Source: an uncultured Fibrobacteria bacterium (GTDB taxonomy: Bacteria > Fibrobacterota > Fibrobacteria > UBA11236). From it: a stretch of DNA of 64,000 bases. The notes beneath the pieces were generated by a model. That model saw nothing but the letters and a program-made list of their open reading frames with translations, did no database searches and had not been told where the DNA came from. The stretch lies in assembly GCA_963716395.1 (NCBI GenBank), contig OY970309.1, forward strand, positions 2,240,001 through 2,304,000, given 5' to 3'. Each line of letters starts with the position of its first letter. Position 1 is the first letter of the stretch. Positions 33,101 to 42,492 of this stretch are shown here, in pieces. A program made the position numbers and the translations under genes.

Positions 33101-33279
33101 ATGCGCGGGGATTGGCCCGGGTCTTCGGTGTAAAGGATGACCTGCACGTCGCTCAGATCCGGCAAGGCATCGAGGGGCGTATTGAGCAGCGCATAAACCC
33201 CGAAGCCGATGGCGAGCAGGGTCAAAAGAACGACCAGGATTTTATTCTTGATGGACCAGGCGATGATTTTTTCCAGCAT
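30103..33279 (-). CDS. cusA: CusA/SilA heavy-metal RND efflux permease
   Basis: Start [64 protein letters not shown]. Confidence 0.93.
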   Translation of the reverse strand: MLEKIIAWSIKNKILVVLLTLLAIGFGVYALLNTPLDALPDLSDVQVILYTEDPGQSPRIVEDQVTYPLTTAMVSVPGAKVVRGYSFFGYSLVYVIFTDGTDIYWARSRVLEYLNSAQKRLPPGVAPTLGPDASGVGWVYEYALVSDRRSLQELRSLQDWYLKYQLAAVAGVSEVASVGGFVKEYRVNVDPVKLQAYGISLNAVEAAIRQSNSDAGGAVIEMGEAEFMVRGLGYLKSLEDIKNIPVAVNASAGTPVYLKDVADVAVGPEMRRGIAELDGQGEVAGGIIVMRYGQNALQVIDAVRKKLQVLQAGLPPDVKIVPTYDRSRLIHRAVDNLKDKLLEEMLIVALVCAVFLLHARSALVAVFTLPTAILMSFIILRAQGINANIMSLGGIAIAIGAMVDGAIILIENAHKHIEHENLKPISERKEHWAIILDASKEVGPALFWSLLVITVSFIPVFSLEAQEGRLFRPLAFTKTYSMAASALLAVTIVPILMGYFIRGKILPEKRNPINRFLIRIYHPIVGLVLNFPKTTLGLAVLLMLITILPFKKLGSEFMPPLFEGDLLYMPTTLPGVSVTKSREILQETDKIIRSFPEVAEVFGKAGRAETATDPAGLDMLETVIRLQPEKTWPRGMTVEKLIEAMDAALKFPGLTNSWTMPIKARTDMLSTGIKTPVGIKISGPNLDTLQKIGLEVEALMRKVPHTTSAFAERAMGGNYLDVNINRQEAARYGLSVEDIQNVIQTALGGMRLTTTVEGLERYPVSLRYSRELRDNLEDLRRVLIPTPSGQQIPLGQVADLVPARGPMVIRTEGTRPNAWVFVDMRGIDIGGYIQQAQKVITQNLTLPTGYNLVWSGEYEFMQRAQKRLMLVVPMTLFLIFILLFINTKSLIKTFIILLAVPFSLVGAVWYLYLLGFNMSIAVWVGLIALGGLDAETGVVMLLYLDRAYAAAKSMGRMTDLRQLKNAIDQGAVQRVRPKIMTASVILAGLIPIMWSHGTGSDVMKRIAAPMVGGVFTSVLMELAIYPVIYYLWRGREMRKKCAGTYLSPGCILSNKEAA

Positions 33280-33293
33280 GCCGTTCCCCTTGG

Positions 33294-34601
33294 TTAGTTC
33301 ATCGCCGCAGCCGAAGTGTCCGGCCGGCTTGGTGCCGAAGACGTGCCGGGCCCGTTGCCTGCGGGCGCGGCTTGCATTTGCCGGATGGCCGCGTTCAGGT
33401 TGCTTTCGGCGTCGATCAGGAATTGCGAAGAGACCACGATTTTTTCCCCCGCGCGAATTCCTTCCAGCACCTGGACGTATTCGCCGTTGCCGACGCCGAG
33501 CTTCACCGCGCGCGGCTCGAAGTACCCGTTGCCCAGGGCGATGACGGCGAGGTCGCGGCGTCCCGTGCGGAGGATGGCCTGTTCCGGCACGGCCACCACG
33601 TTCTTCCGGGCCGGGGAGCGGAGGCGCACCGTGGCGAACATGCCGGGCTTCAAATCCAGCGAGGGTGTGTTCTTCAATTCGATGCGCACTTCCCCGGTTT
33701 TGCTTTGCGCGTCGAGCACGGGCGCAACGAAAATCACGCGGCCGGCGTAGGTTTTTCCGGGCAAGTAGCTGAGCTCCACTTCGGCTCGCATTCCCACCCG
33801 CACGGCCGACAAATCGCTTTGGTAAACGCTGGCCACCACCCAAACCCGTGAGAGGTCGGCGATTTTATACAGCTCCATGCCCGGCAGGACGTTCTGCCCC
33901 TCCACCACCTTTTTTTCCAGCACCACGCCGCGCGCGGGCGAGACGATGGGTAGGGTGTGGTTCACGCGGCCTCGTTTTTCCAAAGCCCGGATTTCGGCGG
34001 CGGAGATTCCCCAGTTCACAAGTCGTCGGCGCGAGCTTTCCACCAATTCCTGCGGCCCGCCTCCCGCCCCCGGGTCTCTGAGTCCCGCGGAGCGGATGGC
34101 CTCGAGATACTCCTCCTGCGTGCTGACGAGATCGGGGCTGTAGAGATCGAGCAGCGTCTGATTTTTGTCGACCCGTTGCCCGGTATAGTCCACCCGGAGT
34201 TTTTCCACGTAGCCCATGACGCGCACGTTGACGTCGGCGAGGCGGGTTTCCTCGGCTTCGATCCTTCCGCTGGTGCGGACTTCGGTGCGCAAATCCATTT
34301 TTTCCACCGTTGCGGTTTGCACGTTCATGTTTTGCACCATGGTCGGATCGATGTGAATGCCTGTGACCGACGGGTCCCGCGCGTACACCGGAACCAGGTC
34401 CATGCCGCAGGCGGCTTTGCCGGGCTTGTCCGACGTGATCCACGGTTGCATGGGGTCGCGGTAATAGGCGATTTTTTTGGCTTCGGCATCGTGCGGTGCG
34501 GACGTACGGCTATCCTGTTTGGCGGGGCGGGCGAACAAAAGAAACGCAAGGCCCGCTCCCAGAAGAACCGCGGCCGACGGAATCCCAATCCACTTTTTCA
34601 T
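33294..34601 (-). CDS. cusB: CusB-like RND periplasmic adaptor
   Basis: N-terminal anchor, YYRDPMQPWITSDKPGK..CGMDLVP, LYSPDL...QEEYL, LKPGMFA, QFLIDAES. Confidence 0.9.
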   Translation of the reverse strand: MKKWIGIPSAAVLLGAGLAFLLFARPAKQDSRTSAPHDAEAKKIAYYRDPMQPWITSDKPGKAACGMDLVPVYARDPSVTGIHIDPTMVQNMNVQTATVEKMDLRTEVRTSGRIEAEETRLADVNVRVMGYVEKLRVDYTGQRVDKNQTLLDLYSPDLVSTQEEYLEAIRSAGLRDPGAGGGPQELVESSRRRLVNWGISAAEIRALEKRGRVNHTLPIVSPARGVVLEKKVVEGQNVLPGMELYKIADLSRVWVVASVYQSDLSAVRVGMRAEVELSYLPGKTYAGRVIFVAPVLDAQSKTGEVRIELKNTPSLDLKPGMFATVRLRSPARKNVVAVPEQAILRTGRRDLAVIALGNGYFEPRAVKLGVGNGEYVQVLEGIRAGEKIVVSSQFLIDAESNLNAAIRQMQAAPAGNGPGTSSAPSRPDTSAAAMN

Positions 34602-35944
34602 TTTCCGTCTCCTTGTGAAAGTTTTTTCCGGATTTCATCTAGGCTGAGGCCGACCGCCTGCTCCAGTTCGGCCTGGCCGGCGAACAATTCCATGACGGCC
34701 GTTTCGCCGTCGAGCTTGGCCTGGTTCAGCGCGCGGTAGGCGTCGAGCAGGTTCAGGAATTCGGTCTTGCCGTCTTGATACGCGGACAAGGCCGATTGCA
34801 GGGCCTCTTCGGCTTGGGGAATCAGAACGTGCTTGGAAACTTGCACGAGGTTCCAGTCGCTGCCGGTTTGCAGCAAAGCATCTTGCGCGTTCGCCGCCAG
34901 CAGGTTGGCCAGATCGGCCTCCTCGGCCTTGGCCTGGTTCAGGTTCGCGACGCTTTGGCCGTATCCGGCCCGGTATTTGGGCGCCGACCAGAAGGCCAGC
35001 GGCAGATTCATGCCGACCATCAATGACCAGAAATCCGCGGCGTGATTCATGTCCATATAGGTGGCCTTCACCATGAAGTCGGGGTAGAAGTCTTTGGCGG
35101 TCACGGCTTGTTCCGCGGCGCGCATCTCGGCCTCGGCTTTGAGGCGCCGGAGTTCGGGATGGTATTCCTCGATCAGCGGGCGGATTTGCGGCAACGTCCA
35201 ATCGGCGGAATCGGGGTTTAACGCGCCGACGGGTGGAAACGGCCGGTCGGTTTTGCGGTTCAGCAACGCATTCAGCCTTGCTTCGTCGGACCGGCGGGTT
35301 TGGGTCAAAGTGAAATGGTCGGTTTGCAGCGTTATCAATTCGGTTTGCGCCCGCAGGATGTCGGCCAGGTTGCCCGTGCCCACTTCGTAACGCTTGCGGG
35401 CGATGGCGACGAATTCGTTCAGCAGGGCCTGGTCATCCCGGTTGATTTCCAGGCGCCGATCCAGCAGGTAGAGCCGGTAGTAGCCGTTCTTGACTTCGCG
35501 GATGATTTTCCATTGCAAAGAGGCAAGCTCCGCCTCGCTCATCCCAACGCGCTGATTCCCGGCTTGGATTCGGGAAGAGATCTTTCCGGGAAAAGGAAAG
35601 GTCTGCTGCATCGAGTAATCCACTTCGGTTCCGTTTTCGACGGGATTGGGGAAAGAGTGGATGGGCGTGCGGAAAAAATCGACGTCGAATTCCGGCGGTT
35701 CCAAATACCAAACCTGGTCGGGAGAAAGTCGGGCGGCGCCGACCTGGAATGCGGCGGCTTTCAAAGCGGGATTGTTTTGCAGCGCTTCTGCCACCAAAGA
35801 AGATAGTGAATCTCCCGCTGCGCTGTCCGAAACTGCCTGCCGATCCCTTGCGGCATCCTCGCGGTCTTGGGCCGGGGCGGGGCCGAAGCCCGACAGCAGG
35901 AGAACGAGCGGAAGGAAACTCGCAAGCTCTGATTTGATGAACAT
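34598..35944 (-). CDS. TolC/CusC-family outer membrane factor
   Basis: Signal peptide, EALQNNP.L, QTFPFPGK, Y..G...FLNLLDA. Stop overlaps the cusB start. Confidence 0.88.
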   Translation of the reverse strand: MFIKSELASFLPLVLLLSGFGPAPAQDREDAARDRQAVSDSAAGDSLSSLVAEALQNNPALKAAAFQVGAARLSPDQVWYLEPPEFDVDFFRTPIHSFPNPVENGTEVDYSMQQTFPFPGKISSRIQAGNQRVGMSEAELASLQWKIIREVKNGYYRLYLLDRRLEINRDDQALLNEFVAIARKRYEVGTGNLADILRAQTELITLQTDHFTLTQTRRSDEARLNALLNRKTDRPFPPVGALNPDSADWTLPQIRPLIEEYHPELRRLKAEAEMRAAEQAVTAKDFYPDFMVKATYMDMNHAADFWSLMVGMNLPLAFWSAPKYRAGYGQSVANLNQAKAEEADLANLLAANAQDALLQTGSDWNLVQVSKHVLIPQAEEALQSALSAYQDGKTEFLNLLDAYRALNQAKLDGETAVMELFAGQAELEQAVGLSLDEIRKKLSQGDGK

Positions 35945-36128
35945 AACCCTCTCCCGTTGACGTGTTTCTCGTGCATGATGGCTGGACGACGGTGGAAACG
36001 GGCGCTTGACTCCGGGCCCCGGCGGCGCATGAACGGCGCGTTGATCCCGATTTCGGGAACAAACGCAACTCACCGTGCCGGATTGGAAGCGCGCGCGACG
36101 CCGGGGAAAGAAAACCCCGGACGGGATG

Positions 36129-36563
36129 TTAAATCAGAAGTCGGAGACGGGTCAGGTAAAGCGGCGGACTCGAAGAAGCCTGCTGCGTGGGAAGGGAAAA
36201 CGCCGCGCCGTGCGGTTCAAAGGATGGTTCCGCAAGCACGGCAAGTACCACGGCCGCGAACTGCGGAGGCGTAACTTTTTCGGAGGCCAGTTGTGGGCAT
36301 TGGGAATCGACATTCTGAATGCAGCAGGTTTTGGATGGCGTCGACGCCCCGCTATGGCCATCCGGGGATTCCATGGGGCGATGGGAACAGCAGGAATGCG
36401 CGTCGGATGCCTGGGCCGCCGTGCCGCCTTTAAGCCAGGCGCCGATCCTACCGGCGCATCGAAGGTTCACTAAACAGGGGTTGAGGCCCAGACTGGCAAA
36501 AAAAACTGAGACCAGTAAAATGGAAACGGGGTTGCGCAAACGAATTTTTTGAAACCCCTGCAT
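36129..36563 (-). CDS. Small exported Cys/His-rich protein upstream of the cus operon (DUF2946/CruR/CutF-like)
   Basis: Hydrophobic N-terminal segment, HSCCSH and TCC motifs, C-terminal SPPLYLTRLRLLI. The start codon is uncertain. Confidence 0.65.
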   Translation of the reverse strand: MQGFQKIRLRNPVSILLVSVFFASLGLNPCLVNLRCAGRIGAWLKGGTAAQASDAHSCCSHRPMESPDGHSGASTPSKTCCIQNVDSQCPQLASEKVTPPQFAAVVLAVLAEPSFEPHGAAFSLPTQQASSSPPLYLTRLRLLI

Positions 36564-36628
36564 ATCCAAAATGTACCTCATTCGCATGGCCTGGCGCAAG
36601 CGCCTTCGGCTCTGAAAGTTTTATCAAC

Positions 36629-36645
36629 CGTTACGCATCGTTACG
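36629..36645. promoter_or_regulatory. Putative OmpR/CpxR-type binding site
   Basis: CGTTACG-N3-CGTTACG direct repeat with a 10-bp period (reverse strand GTAAC-N5-GTAAC) in the divergent promoter region. Confidence 0.5.
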
Positions 36646-36721
36646 TCCGGGCAATCCGGGGGCAAGGCTGGGCCAGTATCTTAAAGCCTGAGAGACCGTA
36701 CATTCTCGGAGGAGGGAACCC

Positions 36722-37240
36722 ATGAAACTCAGTCATTTCTTGAAACGCATCCTGCCTATCTATCTCATAATCGGCGCCGCCATCGCCGTCTTCTATGGCT
36801 GCCATCGTCGCGGATTCGAAGGCGATCCGCACAAGATGGCGGATCACATGGTGAAGATGATGACCAAAAAACTGAACTTGTCCAGCACGCAATCCGGCCA
36901 GGTCCAGCAAATCGCGAATGAGATCGCCGATACCTTGGCGGCCCGGCATCAGCAACATCAGCCGGGTTGGCAACCCGAAATCATCAAGCAATTGCGCGCG
37001 ACGGCCGTCGACACCGCGGCCTTGAGCCAGGCCATGGCGCAGCGCCGGGCGAACGCCGAGGAATTGCACGATTTCATGCTGACGAAGTTCGTGCAAATCC
37101 ATGATATCCTGACGCCGGCGCAGCGGGACACCCTGGCCGCCTTCCTAGAAAAGCGGGGCCAGCGGTTTTGGGGCCAGGGCGGGCATCACCCCAGCCACCA
37201 CAGCGGAGCCTATGATCATTCGGGCGACACCGCTCAATAA
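36722..37240 (+). CDS. Spy/CpxP-family periplasmic protein
   Basis: GGAGG RBS, signal/lipoprotein-like N-terminus, KKLNLSSTQ and ILTPAQR (LTxxQ) motifs, His-rich tail. Confidence 0.8.
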   Translation: MKLSHFLKRILPIYLIIGAAIAVFYGCHRRGFEGDPHKMADHMVKMMTKKLNLSSTQSGQVQQIANEIADTLAARHQQHQPGWQPEIIKQLRATAVDTAALSQAMAQRRANAEELHDFMLTKFVQIHDILTPAQRDTLAAFLEKRGQRFWGQGGHHPSHHSGAYDHSGDTAQ

Positions 37241-37256
37241 ACACAGCCGGGATGCG

Positions 37257-37279
37257 GACGGCGGGTTCGACCCGCCGTC
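37257..37279 (+). terminator. Perfect hairpin after the spy/cpxP-like gene
   Basis: GACGGCGGGT-TCG-ACCCGCCGTC followed by TCTTGT. Confidence 0.55.
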
Positions 37280-37304
37280 TCTTGTACATTTTGTCGGGGG
37301 GGAT

Positions 37305-38018
37305 ATGAAAGCGAAAACATTGTTGATCGACGATGATCGCAAGCTGGCCCGCTTGCTGTCGGATTATCTGGGCCGCTTCGAAATCAAACTGGTGTCCGCG
37401 GGCAGCGGCGAAGAAGGACTGCGCTTGTTGCATGCCGATCCGCCCGATTGCGTGCTGCTGGATTTGATGCTGCCCGGCCAGGACGGCTTCGAAGTCTGCA
37501 AGGGAATTCGCGAGAATTCCGACGTTCCCGTGATCATGCTCACGGCGCGCGGCGAAGTGGCCGACCGCGTCGTGGGGCTGGAAATCGGGGCCGACGATTA
37601 TCTGCCCAAGCCCTTTGAACCCCGCGAACTGGTGGCCCGCATCCAGGCTGTGCTGCGCCGCCGCCAGGGCGGCACGCCGCCGCGGGCCGAGTCGTTGCAC
37701 TTCGGCGACCTCGAAGTGGACCTGGGGCGGCGTTCGGCCTTTTTGAACGGAACGGATTTGCGGCTGACGACCCTGGAGTTCGATGCCCTGGCCGTCTTCG
37801 TGCGCCACGTGGGCGTGGTGCTGAACCGCGATCGGCTCATGGAATTGCTCAAGGGCGGCGAATGGGAGCCGCTCAACCGCTCGCTCGACGTGCTCATCAG
37901 CCGGTTGCGGCAGAAACTGGGCGAAGATCCACAACAGCCGCGTTACCTGAAGACCGTGCGCGGCGCCGGCTATCTATTTTTGGGAAGTACGAATGGCAAC
38001 GGCAACGGCGCCGCTTAA
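37305..38018 (+). CDS. OmpR/CpxR-family response regulator
   Basis: LIDDD, LLDLMLPG.DG, MLTARG, GADDYLPKPF, winged helix RSLDVLISRLRQKL...TVRGAGY. Confidence 0.93.
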   Translation: MKAKTLLIDDDRKLARLLSDYLGRFEIKLVSAGSGEEGLRLLHADPPDCVLLDLMLPGQDGFEVCKGIRENSDVPVIMLTARGEVADRVVGLEIGADDYLPKPFEPRELVARIQAVLRRRQGGTPPRAESLHFGDLEVDLGRRSAFLNGTDLRLTTLEFDALAVFVRHVGVVLNRDRLMELLKGGEWEPLNRSLDVLISRLRQKLGEDPQQPRYLKTVRGAGYLFLGSTNGNGNGAA

Positions 38019-39315
38019 AAAACGGACGCGCTGGCGCCATTCGCTGTTCTTCAAGCTTTTCCTGGTTTTTCTGTTAAGCGGTTTTTCCATCCACCTAGTG
38101 GTGGGCGGGTTTTACCGCTATTTCTGGAACTCCCAGGCGCGCGAGGCCTCGCGCAAAAACCTGCGGCATTATGCCGAGCTCTTGACGCGCGAAATCGGGG
38201 TTCCGCCCGATACGGCCTTGGCGCACAACCTGGCCCGCCAGCTCGGGCTTTCTATCGCCATCCAGGGTCCGCAGGATTTCCGTTGGGAGTCGGCGGGATT
38301 TTCTTCCCGCATTTGGGAACATCTCAAGGCCCATCCCCCCGGAGACTCCACCCATTTCTTCGTACGCCACGGGCGCTTGATCGCGATTGCCCGCTACGAT
38401 CAGCACATTTTTGTTTTCGGTTCCCGCCTGCGCCAGCCCCTGGAAAGTCGCACCGTGGACTGGTTGTTTTTTCTGGCCGTGCTCTCGCTCGTTTGGATCA
38501 TCGCCGGCCTGGTCTTGCGCCAATTCCTGTTGCCGGTGCGCCGTCTGGCCGTGGCCGTGTCCGAAATGGGCGCCGGCAATTTGGCGGTGCGCCTGCGCGA
38601 TCGGGGCCGCGACGAATTGGCCGAGCTCGCGCGCTCGTTCAACGCCATGGCCCAAAGCGTGCAAGAGCGTTTGCGGGCCCGCGATCAATTGCTGCTGGAT
38701 GTCAGCCATGAATTGCGATCGCCTTTGACGCGCATGCGCGTGGCTTTGGAAATGGCCACCGACAGTGACATTGTCGAAAGCCTGCGCGAAGATGTCGACG
38801 CGCTGGAAAAAATGGTCAGTGAGATTCTGGAAACCGAACGGTTGCAAAGTGGTGCGGGGCAATTGCGCCGCGTCGAGACCGATGTGGCCGCGCTCCTGCG
38901 CGATACCGCGGCGGGCTTCGCCGGCCGCCCCCCGGGGGTGGAGACGGCGGCCATCGAGGCGTTGCCCGCGGTGAACGTCGATTCCGAGCGCCTGCGCATC
39001 GTCTTGCGCAATCTGATCGAGAATGCCTTGAAGTACGGGGCCGAGGCGCCCCGGCCCGTCGCGTTGTCGTTGCGCCGGGAAAACGGGTTCGCCGTGATCG
39101 AAGTGCGCGATTCCGGACCCGGGATTCCCGCAGCCGAGCAACGCCTGGTGTTCGAGCCGTTTTACCGCATCGATCGCTCGCGTTCCCAGGCGCCGGGATA
39201 CGGCCTGGGGCTGGCGTTGTGCAAGCGCATCGTCGAGGCGCATGGAGGCGAAATCACCTTGTCCGGCCGCCCGGGCGCCGGCACCACGGTGACCATGCGC
39301 CTGCCCATGGCCTGA
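37993..39315 (+). CDS. HAMP-domain sensor histidine kinase
   Basis: Two TM segments, HAMP (DELAELARSFNAM), H-box SHELRSPL, NLIENALKY, DSGPGI, GYGLGL. Confidence 0.93.
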   Translation: MATATAPLKKRTRWRHSLFFKLFLVFLLSGFSIHLVVGGFYRYFWNSQAREASRKNLRHYAELLTREIGVPPDTALAHNLARQLGLSIAIQGPQDFRWESAGFSSRIWEHLKAHPPGDSTHFFVRHGRLIAIARYDQHIFVFGSRLRQPLESRTVDWLFFLAVLSLVWIIAGLVLRQFLLPVRRLAVAVSEMGAGNLAVRLRDRGRDELAELARSFNAMAQSVQERLRARDQLLLDVSHELRSPLTRMRVALEMATDSDIVESLREDVDALEKMVSEILETERLQSGAGQLRRVETDVAALLRDTAAGFAGRPPGVETAAIEALPAVNVDSERLRIVLRNLIENALKYGAEAPRPVALSLRRENGFAVIEVRDSGPGIPAAEQRLVFEPFYRIDRSRSQAPGYGLGLALCKRIVEAHGGEITLSGRPGAGTTVTMRLPMA

Positions 39316-39337
39316 AGCCGCGAAAGGGGAAACTGTC

Positions 39338-39829
39338 ATGTTACCGATGTGGATGTTGGGCGCCGTGCTGTGGGGCGCCTCTGAGGCAAAACCCGTGACG
39401 GTGGATAATTTGAAGCCTTATCAACTCGTTTATTTGGCGGCGCAGCGCGATACCTTGCGCAATTGCGATACCACCAGTTCGTACCGCGCCCTTCTGCGTT
39501 CCTCGAAACACGATGACGAGAATTTGCCTAAAGGGGCCGACGCCTTTACCGCCGCCCACGAGCCCGTCCTGGAATTCAAGTTCTTGAACTCCTCGGGCGA
39601 TTCGCTGTTCTTCATGGCTTCGATGGCCGACAGCGTCGGTCGCGCCCATTACACCAGTCTGTGCCTGGAACGCCGCGACCTTCTGCAGGTTTACGGCGTT
39701 CCCCCGGGAGAGGATTCGACCCGCGGGGAGGGACACCATCGTGGCGGCGGCGGTGGGGGCCGCCACCGCGGCATGGGGGGCTCGGGTGGATCGGGTGGAA
39801 TGGGAGGCATGGAGGGCGGCGGATATTAG
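39338..39829 (+). CDS. Hypothetical exported protein with Gly/Met-rich tail
   Basis: RBS-like AAAGGGGA, signal-like N-terminus, co-oriented behind the kinase. Confidence 0.55.
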   Translation: MLPMWMLGAVLWGASEAKPVTVDNLKPYQLVYLAAQRDTLRNCDTTSSYRALLRSSKHDDENLPKGADAFTAAHEPVLEFKFLNSSGDSLFFMASMADSVGRAHYTSLCLERRDLLQVYGVPPGEDSTRGEGHHRGGGGGGRHRGMGGSGGSGGMGGMEGGGY

Positions 39830-39901
39830 GTCAAGGTTGGTTCGTCGGCTGCGCGCATCCTCTCTCTTGTCCGCTCGCGGTGGCGCCGCGAACCGGAAGC
39901 G

Positions 39902-42088
39902 TCAATTCCACAACGTCCAATCGATGCCGAAGCGAAAATTCACCCCGGGCGGATGCACGCCCGGTTCGGTGGCGTAGCGGTCGTGGTTGAAGTTCATGGC
40001 GCGGAAGTAAAACACGAAGGATTTGATTTGCATGCGCGCCGTGAAATCGAGCACCAGGTATTCATCCAGTTTAAGCGGCTCTGACAGTCCGTCGCCGATG
40101 GAGGCGAAGGCGTAGCGCGTCGCGAACCATTCCCAATCCCATTCCGTTTGCAGGTCCATGCGGTCGTCGATCAGTTTGCGGTGCCAGAAGAGTTGGCCTT
40201 TGAAAATGCGATCGGGAAATTCCAAATCGCGCTGGGCGACGCCGAGGTGGGGATCGCGGAGGGCGTCGTTCAGGAGATAGGTGTTGTCGAGCGACAGTTT
40301 CCAGCGGCCCAGAAGGAAGTACAGCGACAGATGCACGACGTCGCGGGTTTCTTCCGCGTAATTCACCCGCTGCAGGGCCAGCGAATCGGGCACGTTATTC
40401 CCGTCGGGGCAAAGCGGCTGCGACTCGAGCGGATAATCGCTGGCGTCGCTGTGGGCGCAGAAATCGGCCCGTGGCAGCACGCGCGGCAGCCAGTTGTCGC
40501 CGTAGCGGTTGCGGTCCCAGGAAGCGCCCACGCCCAGGCGGCTGCCGTTCCAGGCGGTGCCGACGTGCGAACTCCAATCGGAGCGGGGCCGGAGATCGGG
40601 GTTGGGATACAGGTCCAACTCCGGATCCCAGCGGAACAGCCAATCCTCGGGCGCGCCTTCGCGCCGCCAGCCCGTGCCCGCCGTGAGTTGGAAGTGAACC
40701 GGCAGATCCCAGTGCAGGTCTCCGTCGGCGCCGCCCAACCATTCGGTTTTGCCGTCGGGCCGGCTGCGGCGGCCGCCGCCGGCCCGCAGCGTCGCGGCCA
40801 CCGGCCCGGTCCGCGGGTGCGCGTCGAAATCCAGGCTTTCGCTGTCGCCCCAGGCGTTCGCCGCGAGTGCGTCGCCGGCGCCGTGCAGACGCAGCGCCCC
40901 GTCTTCCCGATTGCTGACGAGCGTGACCCGGGCGCGCGGTCGGCCAGGTAACGTTTGGGATACGACTTCGCCCTGCGCCCGATCCTGCGTGCCCGACGCC
41001 GATTCCGCGCTGTCGTAGACGACCGGCTGCAAGGAGCGATCCCACGTCGAATTCCAGACGCCGAGGCGCCACAGGGCCGAGGCGCTGCGATGGGCCGCGA
41101 CGCCGCCTGCGGTGAACAGCGAAAACGAAGCGGGATACAGCAATTGGTTGGAGTCGTTGTCAGCGGCATTGGTGGGCATGGTCAGCGACGAGGCGTTGTG
41201 CAGCCAGTCGGCAAAGGCTTCGACCACGGTTTGCGAGTCGATCCAGAATCCCAGGCGGGGTCGCAATTCCTGGGCGTCGATGCCCTGGGCCGTGTCCGAG
41301 ATCACCAGCGAGGCGCTGTCACGCTTGATGGGATGGTAAATCTGACCCAGGAATCCCCAGCCGCTGAGATAGGGCTGATGCACGTTGAACGAGTAGTTGT
41401 AATACCCCGAGTCGGATTGGTCGGAATGGAATTGCAGGGCGAGATAGGCGCGGTTGCCGACCATGCGGCGCAGGTTCAAGGTGAACTGGTTGGTGCCCAA
41501 GGCTCCGCGCATCCAGTGGATGGAAGTGACGGGCGTATCCACGGGCAGCACCGGCGTCCATACCTCTTCGAGTCGGCCCAGCGTGTCGACCCGGTCCCAG
41601 GGCAGAGAACCGCCCCAGCGATAGGGCGAGGCCGCCAGCGCGGGTTGATAAAAGCTTTGCGGCGCAGCCTGCTCCAGCGATGCCAGCGAAACCAGGCCCG
41701 CGCGCGCGCCGGGAAATCCGATGTCTTGATCGGCCCAATGCAGGGACGTTCGCCAGCAATCTTCCGGCACTTCCAGGGGATCGCGGCAAACCAGATCCGT
41801 TGAATCGGCCGGCCACGTCGGGGCGAAGGGATGTACTGCGGAGTCGGCGGCGGCTTTCAGCGAATCGGATTTTCCCGCCGCGGGGAGCGAATCGGATTTC
41901 GCCGTCGCACCGGGGGTCAGGGTGTCGCGGGCGCCGTGGCCTGCGGAATCGGCCGGCGGCATCTCGGCTTTGACCGGAAGCGAATCCGCCGGATGCGGAA
42001 CGGCGGCCGACAAGGCCACGGCGAAAGCGCCGGCCGCGCAGAACATGGTGTTGCAAAATAGATTCACGGCCGGCCGATTCGCGAGCAA
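39902..42088 (-). CDS. Putative outer-membrane beta-barrel (porin/TonB-receptor-like)
   Basis: Signal-like segment (start possibly 42046), low-complexity linker, amphipathic strands, C-terminal FRFGIDWTLWN. Confidence 0.7.
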   Translation of the reverse strand: MLANRPAVNLFCNTMFCAAGAFAVALSAAVPHPADSLPVKAEMPPADSAGHGARDTLTPGATAKSDSLPAAGKSDSLKAAADSAVHPFAPTWPADSTDLVCRDPLEVPEDCWRTSLHWADQDIGFPGARAGLVSLASLEQAAPQSFYQPALAASPYRWGGSLPWDRVDTLGRLEEVWTPVLPVDTPVTSIHWMRGALGTNQFTLNLRRMVGNRAYLALQFHSDQSDSGYYNYSFNVHQPYLSGWGFLGQIYHPIKRDSASLVISDTAQGIDAQELRPRLGFWIDSQTVVEAFADWLHNASSLTMPTNAADNDSNQLLYPASFSLFTAGGVAAHRSASALWRLGVWNSTWDRSLQPVVYDSAESASGTQDRAQGEVVSQTLPGRPRARVTLVSNREDGALRLHGAGDALAANAWGDSESLDFDAHPRTGPVAATLRAGGGRRSRPDGKTEWLGGADGDLHWDLPVHFQLTAGTGWRREGAPEDWLFRWDPELDLYPNPDLRPRSDWSSHVGTAWNGSRLGVGASWDRNRYGDNWLPRVLPRADFCAHSDASDYPLESQPLCPDGNNVPDSLALQRVNYAEETRDVVHLSLYFLLGRWKLSLDNTYLLNDALRDPHLGVAQRDLEFPDRIFKGQLFWHRKLIDDRMDLQTEWDWEWFATRYAFASIGDGLSEPLKLDEYLVLDFTARMQIKSFVFYFRAMNFNHDRYATEPGVHPPGVNFRFGIDWTLWN

Positions 42089-42131
42089 GCGGCCGTCGGC
42101 GGAGATGCCGCGGGCGATCCGCGGCCGATCT

Positions 42132-42467
42132 TCAGCGGCCGATCAGGAGGCGGCGCAATTCCTCCCAATTGTCGTCGAAGCGCAGGCCCTTATCATCGAT
42201 ATAAACGTCAGCGTAGATTTTTCGCGTGCCGAGATCCGCGCCCGGAACCGCCGCATTCACCGTGTCGAAGGGAATGCCGTTTTCGATCATGAACACCCGT
42301 ACGGCCCGTTCTTCTTCCCCGGCGCGGCAGGTCCAGATGGCGATTTTATGACCGGCCTTGTGCAAGGCGACAAGCGCTTCCTTGGCGCCGGGTTTGAGCG
42401 GTCCGATGGCGGGATAGCGGTGTTCGACCAAGGTCCCGTCGAAGTCCACGGCGATAATCATGCCCAA
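42132..42467 (-). CDS. Small capless HAD-superfamily hydrolase (BT0820-like)
   Basis: IIAVDFDGTLVEHRYP.IG, IWTCR, KIYADVYIDDK. Confidence 0.85.
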   Translation of the reverse strand: MGMIIAVDFDGTLVEHRYPAIGPLKPGAKEALVALHKAGHKIAIWTCRAGEEERAVRVFMIENGIPFDTVNAAVPGADLGTRKIYADVYIDDKGLRFDDNWEELRRLLIGR

Positions 42468-42492
42468 TGCCCTCGGGGTGCATATCCGGCCA

